A stretch of DNA of 64,000 bases, taken from contig NC_091286.1 of the NCBI RefSeq assembly GCF_032444005.1, forward strand, positions 624,092,001-624,156,000, read 5' to 3'. The notes under the pieces are model-generated. The model saw nothing but the letters and a program-made list of their open reading frames with translations. It was not told the origin of the DNA and did not search any database. Made by a program: the position numbers and the translations under genes. Within the stretch, counting starts at the first letter, position 1. Each line of letters opens with the position of its first letter. This document shows positions 44,189 to 55,000 of this stretch, in pieces. Source of the DNA: Ranitomeya imitator. Taxonomy: Eukaryota.

Positions 44189-45077
44189 TGTGGCACCCCT
44201 AGGGGTATTTGCCACAAAAATAGTTACTGACAGTAAATGCAAATACTAAAATAGCAAGACTGCACTACCACCTCCGGCCAGAAGGGGGAGCTCCAGAGAC
44301 TCCCCTTGATCCATTCTGGTCTGAGAGAAGAACTGGCAGTTGGGCTAAGGAGCTGATAGTGAGAGGTCATACAGTTGAATATCTAACAGCCCTGTGACTG
44401 TTTCCAGGCCTAAATCACCGGCCTGAGGAGAAGAGGGATAGAGAAAAAGGACATTGTGAGAACCGGGTAGCATTAATCACTACCCAGAACAGGCGCAAAG
44501 ACGGATACCGGATCCGTGGCTGTATTCATTACATATAATACAGCAACCGGAAAAACGTGAGGTGATATCAGCTTCACTAGGGTCGGACGCAGCAACAGAC
44601 ACAGAGTTCAGCGGTACTCCTGGAGGGGGTAAGCCGATAAAAGGACTCGGGTTGCCCGTCGAACCAGGACCCGGAGGGGACAGATTGGGCCGGCAGCCAG
44701 TTCACATACAGCAGCAGGGCCACACAGATATTGCGTACAATAAGAGGCGAAGACCCCGGCAGGGTCAAAGTAACTCAGAGTTCCCATACAGACTCCGGTG
44801 ACAGGACTGGTTGTAAATCCTTTTTTGTTAAAGTAAACTGGTTAAACGTTTCAGTGCCTCAGTCTTTCATTTGGACAATAGCCATCTATCCAGGATTGGG
44901 ATCATCACCGCTGGGAGAACCTGCTGCTGATCAAGTAAGTGCCTGTTCCCTCACGATACCCTTTACACTGTGCATTGCCTGAGGCCACAGCACCGGGTCA
45001 AGCCACCCGTGACACCCCCCTCAAGAGACAGACCCCATTGGTCCGGTGCTGGGTACCCCGGTCTCTTGGGCGTCACA
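44189..45077 (+). repeat. 3' LTR of Gypsy B
   Basis: 889-bp direct repeat of 36882-37770. Confidence 0.97.
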
Positions 45078-45894
45078 TTATGTTTTCCTCTCTGTCCCCC
45101 AGTTGGTATGGATAGGACAAACCCGTATGACTTATGGACTGAGGCTTGTTTATAAGGACCCTAGAGACGCCCCGACCCCCATAATTTGCCACCGTGTCTT
45201 CTTAGGTATTAAGGTCGGGCAGCCAACTTGGAATAGACTGTCCTGCCGGTCTCTGAAGTAAAGTGTAGAGTCTATTACTCCCTCGGTGTTCCAGCCACCG
45301 GTCCGCGCCCCAGAAGGAGGCAGACTCTCCCAGGACAGGACTCCTACTGGTTTTGTTCTCCTTGTGCTATGACTTCGTTTCTCACTCCCTACAATGCAAT
45401 TCCTTTCTTGTCCTTTCTTAGGATGCTGCCAAATGTGGGGCAGGTGCAGCTCCATGTCTTTCTCTCTCGCTAGACGTCTATCAGGATCCCACCCCTGACA
45501 GGGACCTCTGTCTGCAGCTCCGATGTTCCTCCTTTTCCCTTTGTCTGCCTGACAGGTGTTGCCTGGGCAAAGCCCAGTCAGCTTCTGACTAACTTCCTAT
45601 CGAACCCACCAGTTTTACCCGAATGTGAGGAGTGCCCTAGTAGATAGGAGCAAGGCTCCCCCTGGTGGACTGGAGTGTGAAGTGTGTTGTGTGTTTTGTG
45701 ATACCTGAAACGGTGAACTCCTTTAGTGCCATCAGACGTAACATCACTCCCCCTGGTGGAAGAATAACATTACTGCAACAACCAGGACTCTGGGGTGCTG
45801 CAAATACTTCTGTCATCATTGGGCAGAAAAATATTCACATCGATTTTTCTGGCTAACACGGTACCACAATACAATTTATTATTGTACATCATGA

Positions 45895-46430
45895 TCTAAT
45901 GCTGAAGATACCAGTGGTGCTAAGGTAAGAAGAAGCTGCCCACACTGCTGTCCGCTATATCTATCTTACCTAATACTGGGGACACCAGAGGTGCTGAGGT
46001 AAATAGAGGCTGCCCACACTGCTGTCCACCCTGTCTATCTATTCTAATACTAGAGATACTAGGGGTGCTTAGGTAAGAAGAGGCTGTTCACACTGCTGTA
46101 CTCTCTGTCTATCTGATTTAATATTGAATATACAATGTGTGCAGAGGTAAGAAAAGTATGCCCACCCTGTCTATCTTATGTAATATTGTATATACCATGG
46201 GTACTGGGGTAGGAAGATTTTGCTTATGCTGTTGTCCATCTTGTCTATCTGATCTAATATTGTACATACCATAGGTAGATAGGTAAGGATATTTCACTCA
46301 CACTGTTGTCCACCCTGTCTTTCTGATCTAATATCAGAGATACCAGAGGTTCTAAGGTAAGAAGAGGCTGCTCACACTGCTGTCTACACTGTCTATCTGA
46401 TGTAATAATGAAGATACTACTGGGATCATA
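45895..46430. repeat. Degenerate tandem array, ~7 units of 74 bp
   Basis: CACACTG anchor at 45941, 46015, 46089, 46299 and 46373. Confidence 0.8.
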
Positions 46431-46480
46431 TCTTCCTACACATGAAGGGAAGGGGCAGAGCTCATTACTGCACATTCTAA

Positions 46481-47211
46481 AGGTACCTTCACACTGACCA
46501 ACTTCACAACGATATCGCTAGCGATCCATGACGTTGCAGCGTCCTGGATAGTGATATCGTTGTGTTTGACACGCAGCAGCGATCTGGATCCTGCTCTGAC
46601 ATCGTTGGTCGGAGCAGAAAGTCCAGAACTTTATTTCGTCGCTGGATCTCCCGCTGACATCGCTGAATCGGCGTGTGTGACGCCGATTCAGCGATGTCTT
46701 CACTGGTAACCAGGGTAAACATCGGGTTACTAAGCGCAGGGCCGCGCTTAGTAACCCGATATTTACCCTGGTTACCAGTGTAAATGTAAAAAAACCAAAC
46801 ACTTCATACTTACATTCCGGTGTCTGTCGCGTCCCTCGGCGTTCTGCTTCCCTGCACTGTCAGCACCGGCCAGCCGTAAAGCAGATTACAGCGGTGACAT
46901 CACCGCTGTGCTTTACGGCCAGCGCTCACAGTCAGTGCAGGAAGCACAGCGATGGGGGACAGACACCGGAATGTAAGTATGTAGTGTTTTTTTTCTTTTA
47001 CATTAGCACTGGTAACCAGGGTAAACATCGGGTTACTAAGCACGGCCCTGTGCTTAGTAACCCGATGTTTACCCTGGTTATCAGGGGACTTCGCATAGTT
47101 GGTCGCTGGAGAGCTGTCTGTGTGACAGCTCTCCAGCGACCACACAGCGACGCTGCAGCGATCGGCACCGTTGTCTAGATCGCTGCAGCGTCACTAAATG
47201 TGAAGGTACCT
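46481..47211. mobile_element. MITE family H1
   Basis: TIR AGGTACCTTCACAC...ATGTGAAGGTACCT; flanks are TAA and TTA (one mismatch); two internal hairpins. Confidence 0.87.
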
Positions 47212-47775
47212 TTAGCCATTTTAATTCTAATGGGATTACCTCTCTAGACAATACAAGTGTGGTGTGCTAATTAAAAGTATTTAGGAAATTATTTATAAAG
47301 ACTAATTACATTTTTTTTTCTATTCCCAGCGAAACCCTTTCAGCAATATATTATCTATAATAAAGTTAAAAAGTTTGTTATTTAACTTAATATTTTAAAA
47401 CACTGGATAATACAAATCACCAATTAAGATAAGTGATCAGTAATTACATTTTTAATTTAATATGATGTTAACTCCTTTCTAAAGCATTTTTGTTTCAGAA
47501 AAATATTTTCTCTACGCATAAATAACATTGGATTGACATTTTCTCGTTGTAGACTTATAATTATCCCTGAAATGTCACCTCTTTAATAAGTCTGTGTAGT
47601 GTTTGGTAAGGTTTATGTGATCTTATTATCTCTGGTTGTCTAATGTTGTGTACTACACAATGTATGTGAATGAGATCAACTGTAACATGGAATGGCTAAT
47701 GGGTAGGTCTGATAGATTAGTGAAGATTGGCTTGGCTATAGCCACATCTGAGAGCACAATGGTGTGTACTTGTTA

Positions 47776-50405
47776 GGCCGGCGTCACACTAGCGAGTTTT
47801 ACAGACGTATGAGCGCATAAAATACGTCTGTAAAACACGCCTAACAAACGTCCCAATTATTCTCTATGCCCCTGCTCCTATCTGCCGTATTTTACTGATC
47901 AGTATTATACGGCTTTCTACGGCCGTAGAAAATCGCAGCATGCTGCGTTTTTCACCGTATTGCGCAGAAAAAACGCCAATGAAAGTCTATGGAAGCCAGA
48001 AAAATACGGATTACACACAGACCAGCAGTGTGACTTGCGAGAAATACGCAGCGGTGTAAGAGAGAAAAGCCGGTAATTCAGTGCGGTGTACAGTAAAATC
48101 ACACTGACAGCTTACAGTAGAATAGGTAGAATAAATGTGTACACATAGAATAGGTATATACAGTATATATATATGTCAGTGAGACACATATATGTATATA
48201 TATTAATATTTCATACAGCGCGAGATAGCTTTAAAGCCGGTAATTCAATTGCCGGCTTTTGCTATCTGCTTCCTAAACCCGACATGATATGAGACATGGC
48301 TTACATACAGTAAACCAGCTCATATCACCATTTTTTTTGCATATTCCACACTACTAATGTTAGTAGTGTGTATATGCAAAATTTGGCCGTTCTAGCTATT
48401 AAATTAAAGGGTTAAATGGCGGAAAAAATTGGCGTGGGCTCCCGCGCAATTTTCTCCGCCAGAGTAGTAAAGCCAGTGACTGAGGGCAGATATTAATAGC
48501 CTGGAGAGGGTCCATGGTTATTGCCCCCCCCCGGCTAAAAACATCTGCCCCCAGCCACCCCAGAAAAGGCACATCTGGAAGATGCGCCTATTCTGGCACT
48601 TGGCCACTCTCTTCCCATTCCCGTGTAGCGGTGGGATATGGGGTAATGAAGGGTTAATGCCACCTTGCTATTGTAAGGTGACATTAAGCCAAATTAATAA
48701 TGGAGAGGCGTCAATTATGACACCTATCCATTATTAATCCAATAGTAGTAAAGGGTTAAAAAAAACACAAACACATTATTACAAATTATTTTAATGAAAT
48801 AAAAACAAAGGTTGTTGTAATAATTTATTCTACGCTCAATCCATCTGAAGACCCTCGCTCTGTAACAAAGAAAAAATAATAAACCAACAATATACATACC
48901 TTCCGAAGATCTGTAAGGTCCCACGATGTAAATCCATCTGAAGGGGTTAAAATATTTTGCAGCCAGGAGCTCTGCTAATGCAGCACTGCTCCTAGCTGCA
49001 AAACCCCGGGGTATGAGGGTAAAGTAGGTCAATGACCTATATTTACCTTCATTTGCGGTGAGGCGCCCTCTGCTGGTTGTTCCTGGAGCGTGGGAACTTT
49101 CCTAGAAAGCTCCCAGGCTCGAGTTCATATGATGACAGCGGTGATTCGCCCTCTGCTGGTTGTCCTCATATGAACTCGAGCCTGGGAGCTTTCTAGAAAA
49201 GTTCCCACGCTCCAGGAACAACCAGCAGAGGGTGCTTCACCGCAAATGAAGGTAAATATAGGTCATTGACCTACTTTACCTTCATTCTTTAGGGTTTTGC
49301 AGGCAGGAGCAGCGCTGCATTAGCAGAGCTCCTGGCTGCAAAATATTTTAACCCCTTCAGATGGATTTACATCGTGGGACCTTACAGATCTTCGGAAGGT
49401 ATGTATATTGTTGGTTTATTATTTTTTCTTTGTTACAGAGCAAGGGTCTTCAGATGGATTGAGCGTAGAATAAATTATTACAACAACCTTTGTTTTTATT
49501 TCATTAAAATAATTTGTAATAATGTGTTTGTGTTTTTTTTAACCCTTTACTACTCTTGGATTAATAATGGGTAGGTGTCATAATTGACGCCTCTCCAATA
49601 TTAATTTGGCTTAATGTCACCTTACAATAGCAAGGTGGCATTAACCCTTCATTACCCCATATCCCACCGCTACACGGGAATGGGAAGAGAGTGGCCAAGT
49701 GCCAGAATAGGCGCATCTTCCAGATGTGCCTTTTCAGGGGTGGCTGGGGGCAGATGTTTTTAGCCAGGGGGGGGGGGGGGGCAATAACCATGGACCCTCT
49801 CCAGGCTATTAATATCTGCCCTCAGTCACTGGCTTTACTACTCTGGCGGAGAAAATTGCGCGGGAGCCCACGCCAATTTTTTCCGCCATTTAACCCTTTA
49901 ATTTAATAGCTAGAACGGCCAAATTTTGCATATACACACTACTAACATTAGTAGTGTGGAATATGCAAAAAAAATGGTGATATGAGATGGTTTACTGTAT
50001 GTAAACCATGTCTCATATCATGTCGGGTTTAGGAAGGAGATAGCAAAAGCCGGCAATTGAATTACCGGCTTTAAAGCTATCTAGCGCTGTATGAAGTAAT
50101 AATATATATACATATATGTGTCTACTGACATATATATATATATATATATATATAGACAGTATATATGTTTTTTTTTTTTTTTTACACATGGATCCCTTGT
50201 ATAGCCGTATGTCGGTTTTGCAAGCCTGCGAGAAAAACACGCAGTACGGATGCCATACGGATTACATACGGAGGATGCCATGCGCAAAATACGCTGACAC
50301 ACCCTGCCTACGGAGGAGCTACAGACCACTATTTTGGGGACTTTTCAGCGTATTACAGCCGTAATATACGGACCGTATTGTCTTACGCTGAGTGTGATGG
50401 CAGCC
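47776..50405. mobile_element. Harbinger-type non-autonomous element with ~1-kb internal inverted repeat (foldback structure)
   Basis: Imperfect TIR GGCCGGCGTCACACT...AGTGTGATGGCAGCC, TTA TSD (47773-47775, 50406-50408); arms ~48165-49132 and 49166-~50145 around a 33-bp spacer. Confidence 0.82.
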
Positions 50406-50516
50406 TTAGTGATGTATTCTCTGTTGTTAGAGTTTTTTAAAGTTGGATTTATTAATTCAAAATATACCACACATAGAAGAAAGACGTGAATGTCCACATA
50501 AATAAATACATCTATC

Positions 50517-50548
<32 letters not shown>

Positions 50549-50550
<2 letters not shown>

Positions 50551-51853
50551 AAAAAAAACAAATCAGCACTTCCAATGTGAACACGTGCAAGCTGCAAACT
50601 GCAACACACAGATAAATAAAAAAAAAGACCACAGCAGCACATGTACATGAATCGGCCATGTGAAAACACAAACAAATATACATTTCACAAAAATATTTTT
50701 TCATAAAAATTTTCTCAAAAATTTTTTTTTCATAAAACTTACAGTTAAAATGGAGATTCTTGCCGTGGTTGATGGGCACACATGAATTGGCCAATTTATG
50801 CGCTAAGAATCTCCATTTTAACTGTAAGTTTTATGAAAAAAAAAATTTTGAGAAAATTTTTATGAAAAAATATTTTTGTGAAATGTATATTTGTTTGTGT
50901 TTTCACATGGCCGATTCATGTACATGTGCTGCTGTGGTCTTTTTTTTTTTATCTGTGTGTTGCAGTTTGCAGCTTGCACGTGTTCACATTGGAAGTGCTG
51001 ATTTGTTTTTTTTCTCTTCTATTTGTATGAATGTGGCAACATCCAGACTTATCTTGCACTTCCCCCATTGACCTTGCTGGTGGCGGTAATCAACTCTACC
51101 TGCCCATAAATTGTAGGTCTAGCCTAGAGTGACATGTTTGTCCGAAGTTGTAGGCTGGTGGCCCAAGAGTGGCATTTACAGTAGAGTAGGACCCATCAGG
51201 GGGAGATCACCTTGCCGTGGTTGATGGGCACACATGAATTGGCCAATTTATGCGCTAAGAATCTCCATTTTAACTGTAAGTTTTATGAAAAAAAAATTTT
51301 TGAGAAAATTTTTATGAAAAAATATTTTTGTGAAATGTATATTTGTTTGTGTTTTCACATGGCCGATTCATGTACATGTGCTGCTGTGGTCTTTTTTTTT
51401 TTATCTGTGTGTTGCAGTTTGCAGCTTGCACGTGTTCACATTGGAAGTGCTGATTTGTTTTTTTTTCTTCTATTTGTATGAATGTGGCAACATCCAGACT
51501 TATCTTGCACTTCCCCCATTGACCTTGCTGGTGGCGGTAATCAACTCTACCTGCCCATAAATTGTAGGTCTAGCCCAGAGTGACATGTTTGTCCGAAGTT
51601 GTAGGCTGGTGGCCCAAGAGTGGCATTTACAGTAGAGTAGAACCCATCAGGGGGAGATCACCTTGCCGTGGTTGATGGGCACACATGAATTGGCCAATTT
51701 ATGCGCTAAGAATCTCCATTTTAACTGTAAGTTTTATGAAAAAAAATTTTTTGAGAAAATTTTTATGAAAAAATATTTTTGTGAAATGTATATTTGTTTG
51801 TGTTTTCACATGGCCGATTCATGTACATGTGCTGCTGTGGTCTTTTTATTTTT

Positions 51854-51858
<5 letters not shown>
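50549..51858. repeat. 451-bp tandem repeat (2.4 units) with an inverted partial copy at its head, between (TA)n tracts
   Basis: Units start at 50760, 51212 and 51663; 50549-50761 is the reverse complement of 50805-51015; (TA)n at ~50519-50548 and ~51859-51885. Confidence 0.85.
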
Positions 51859-51889
<31 letters not shown>

Positions 51890-52000
51890 TATTATTGGAA
51901 ACAGATAAAAGTATATATTAAAATAGTGGAAACCAACACACAAAAAAAGTTTACCAAAACGTATCAGAAAAGGGGAATCATAAAAATAGTAAAAAAAAGT

Positions 52001-55000
52001 AAAAGTTGAGCGACTTTTACTTTTTTAGGATCGAGTCGGGTTTCGCGAAACCCGACTTTGTCAAAAGTCGGGTCGGGTGAAATTGGCCGATTATTGCGAA
52101 AAGTTGGGGATCGAACGAAACACGAAACACAATGCAAGTCAATGGGGAACCAAAGTCGGCAGTGAGTGGAGGACAGGAAAACACCTACAGTGCCCATTTT
52201 TATGCCACAAACATGAATTCTTATTTCTTAAGCTTGTCAATCTTAATTTACTTTATAATAATAGTTAGGCATTGAAAAAAGGGGGTCATTTGGCTAAAGT
52301 TGTGGGGGGTAGGGCTGGCTCAAGATTTTAGTGGGCCCAGGAAACGCGGACTACGTGACGGCGGTGGAGCAGGGAGAGGTAAGTATTTCAACTTTGCAAG
52401 TGCTGTGATCCCGAGCAAGCAGGGGGGCCCCACTCTTTCGCATTGGCACTGGCACAGGGCCTCTCAAAGTACGGCGGTGTGTTTGACGGCAGGGGGCGCC
52501 TCCCACCGGCAGAGACACTTTTGCGTACTATGAGGAGCCCTGTGCCAGTGACGTCGCCAATGAGTATGCCCCCCCACCTGATGAAGGAACATGCCCTTTC
52601 ATCTGCACTTTCCTCTTTGCCCCCGTGTAAGGTGGTATAGTATGCGGGAAGGGGAACTTGACTTTCAGCAGGGTCAGATTCTGGCTGTGTAGTGTGCAAG
52701 GGGAATGTAGTGGTCTGGGTCAATGTACCAGCAGACTCATGTAGCAGTGGCTGGCCAATGGGTAGGATGAGGAGGAAACACAGATATAGTCCCAAAGAAT
52801 AAAGTAGGCTAAATGCAGTTAAAAATTGGTAACAGGACTAAACAGGCAGCATAGCTTTGTTCAGTGGCGAAAAACTGTAATGAGTGGCAGACACAGTTAG
52901 TAGGCCCAAGTAATAAAGTGGGCCAAATGAAGTTCAAAATTGGTAACAGGAGTAAACAGGTGGCACAGATTTGTTCAGTCGAGGAGAACAACAAGCAGCA
53001 GCAGACACCGTTAGTACACCCAACCAAAGCAGTAGCCCAAATGCAGTGTAATATCTGATATAGCCCGAAAGCCAGAAGATTGAAGCTCAGCTTTATAAAG
53101 TGGAGGAGAACACCAAGCAGCCGCAGACACCATTAGTACGCCCAACCAAACCAGTAGCCCAAATTCAGTGTAATATGTGATGTAGGCTGAAAGCCTGAAG
53201 GTTGAAGCTCAGCTTTGTAAAGTGGAAGAGAACACCAAGCAGCTGCAGACACCATTAGTACGCCCAACCAAACCAGTAGCCCAAATTCAGTGTAATATGT
53301 GATGTAGGCCGAAAGCCTGAAGATTGAAGCTCAGCTTTGTAAAGTGGAAGAGAACACCAAGCAGCCGCAGACACCATTAGTACGCCCAACCAAACCAGTA
53401 GCCCAAATTCAGTGTAATATATGATGTAGGCTGAAAGCCTGAAGATTGAAGCTCAGCTTTGTAAAGTGGAGAAGGACACCAAGCAGCCGCAGACACCGCT
53501 AGTAGGCCCAACCAAACAAGTAGGCCAAATGCCATTTAATATTTGATATAGGCTGAAAGCCTGTAAATTTAAGATCACCTTTATTCTGTGGAGAACACCA
53601 AGCTGCAGCTCACACCATTTGTAGGCCCAACCAAAGAAGTAGGCCAAATGCAGTTAAATATCTGACACCGGATGAAAATTGAGGCTCAGCTTTGTTCAGT
53701 GGAGGACAACCGTAATGGGAGGCAGACACATTTAGTAGGCCTTAATAAGTAAGTAGGCAAAATGCAGTTCAAAATAGATAAGTGAAGTACACAGGCGGCA
53801 TAGTTTTGTAAAGCGGAGGACAGTTGTAATGTGTGGCACGGACAGACAGACAGGCAGACAGAAGCCTAAAATAAAAAAGTAGGCTAATGTCAGTTCAAAA
53901 TTTGTTTGAGTAGCACACAGGCGGCATAGCTTTGTAAAGCGGAGGACAGTTTTAATGTGTGGCACGGACAGACAGGCAGACAGAGGCCTAAAATAAAAAA
54001 AAGTAGGCTAATGTCAGTTCAAAATTTGTTTGAGTAGCACACAGGCGGCATAGCTTTGTAAAGCAGAGGACAGTTGTAATATGTGGCACGGACAGACAGG
54101 CAGACAGAGGCCTAAAATAAAAAAAGTAGGCTAATGTCAGTTCAAAATTTGTTTGAGAAGTACACAGGCGGCATAGCTTTGTAAAGCGGAGGACAGTTGT
54201 AATGTGTGGCACAGGCGGACAGACAGGCAGACAGAGGCCTAAAATAAAAAAAGGTGGCAAAATGCAGTTCAAAACTGCTACCAGGACTAACCCGGCGGCC
54301 TAGCTTGTTTCAGGGGGGAGAGTTGTAATGTGTGGCGCAGACAGACAGACAGAGACCTAAAATAAAAAACGTGGCAAAATGCGGTTCAAAACTGCTACCA
54401 GGACTAACCCGGCGGCCTAGCTTGTTTCAGGGGGGAGAGTTGTAATATGTGGCGCAGACAGACAGAGGCCTAAAATAAAAAAGGTGGCTAAATGCAGTTC
54501 ACAATTAATAACAGGATTACTCAGGTGGCATAGCTTTGTTCAGCGGAGGACAACTGTTATAAGTGGCTGACAGTTAGTAGGCCTAAATACTATAGTTGGC
54601 TAAATGTCAGCCAATGAATTGGTCATAATAAATAAACTGGTGGCATTGCGAGGTACAGGGGTGGGCTCCTATGCAGAGTTGCAGACAGTGGTAGTTGGCG
54701 CAAAGCATTAAGGGGTCTAAATAGAGGGCAGGGCCCCTGTATAATTTAACTATCATCTATCATTGCAACAAACTTGTAATGGCAGTGCCATTTAAGGATT
54801 TAACAGCACAGACTACACAATGGTGGGGCAGGTAAGTATTGCAAGTGGTAGAGCACAGTTCGAGCTGGGGGGAAATACTCTCTCATGGGCGGCGGTACTG
54901 GCACAGGGCCCCTCATATTAAGACGGTGTGTCTGACGTTGGTTGTGCACCACCACCGTCAGAGAACCCTTCATTGCACTATGTGGGACCCTGTGCCAGTG

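Larger units (their letters stand above)
36882..45077 (+). mobile_element. Full-length Ty3/Gypsy LTR retrotransposon (family B)
   Basis: Two 889-bp TG...CA LTRs, TSD TTAT (36878-36881, 45078-45081), PBS, gag, pol (PR-RT-RH-IN), PPT. Confidence 0.97.
36347..45802 (-). mobile_element. Solo LTR, Gypsy family A (copy A2), split by the full-length Gypsy (pieces 36347-36881 and 45082-45802)
   Basis: TGTAGCGC...GGGGTGCTGCA termini, TSD AATA (36343-36346, 45803-45806); collinear with LTR A1 once the insert is removed (~1256 bp). Confidence 0.87.
36092..45853. repeat. Small PLE-derived palindrome with a hammerhead-like motif in each arm, split by the LTR A2 insertion (left arm ~36092-36246, loop 36247-36254, right arm 36255-36346 + 45807-45853)
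   Basis: 36155-36246 is the reverse complement of 36255-36346. The sequence after the LTR (AATACTTCTGTCATCATTGGGCAG) is the reverse complement of 36135-36158. The arms contain CCTGAAGAAGGAGC..GCTCTGAAAGCTT and CCAATAAAGGTATCAC. Confidence 0.8.

Noticed and set aside
51180-51215. Hammerhead core in the 451-bp unit (CTGATGG on the - strand)
   Set aside because: It lacks A9 and a properly spaced stem II-GAAA.
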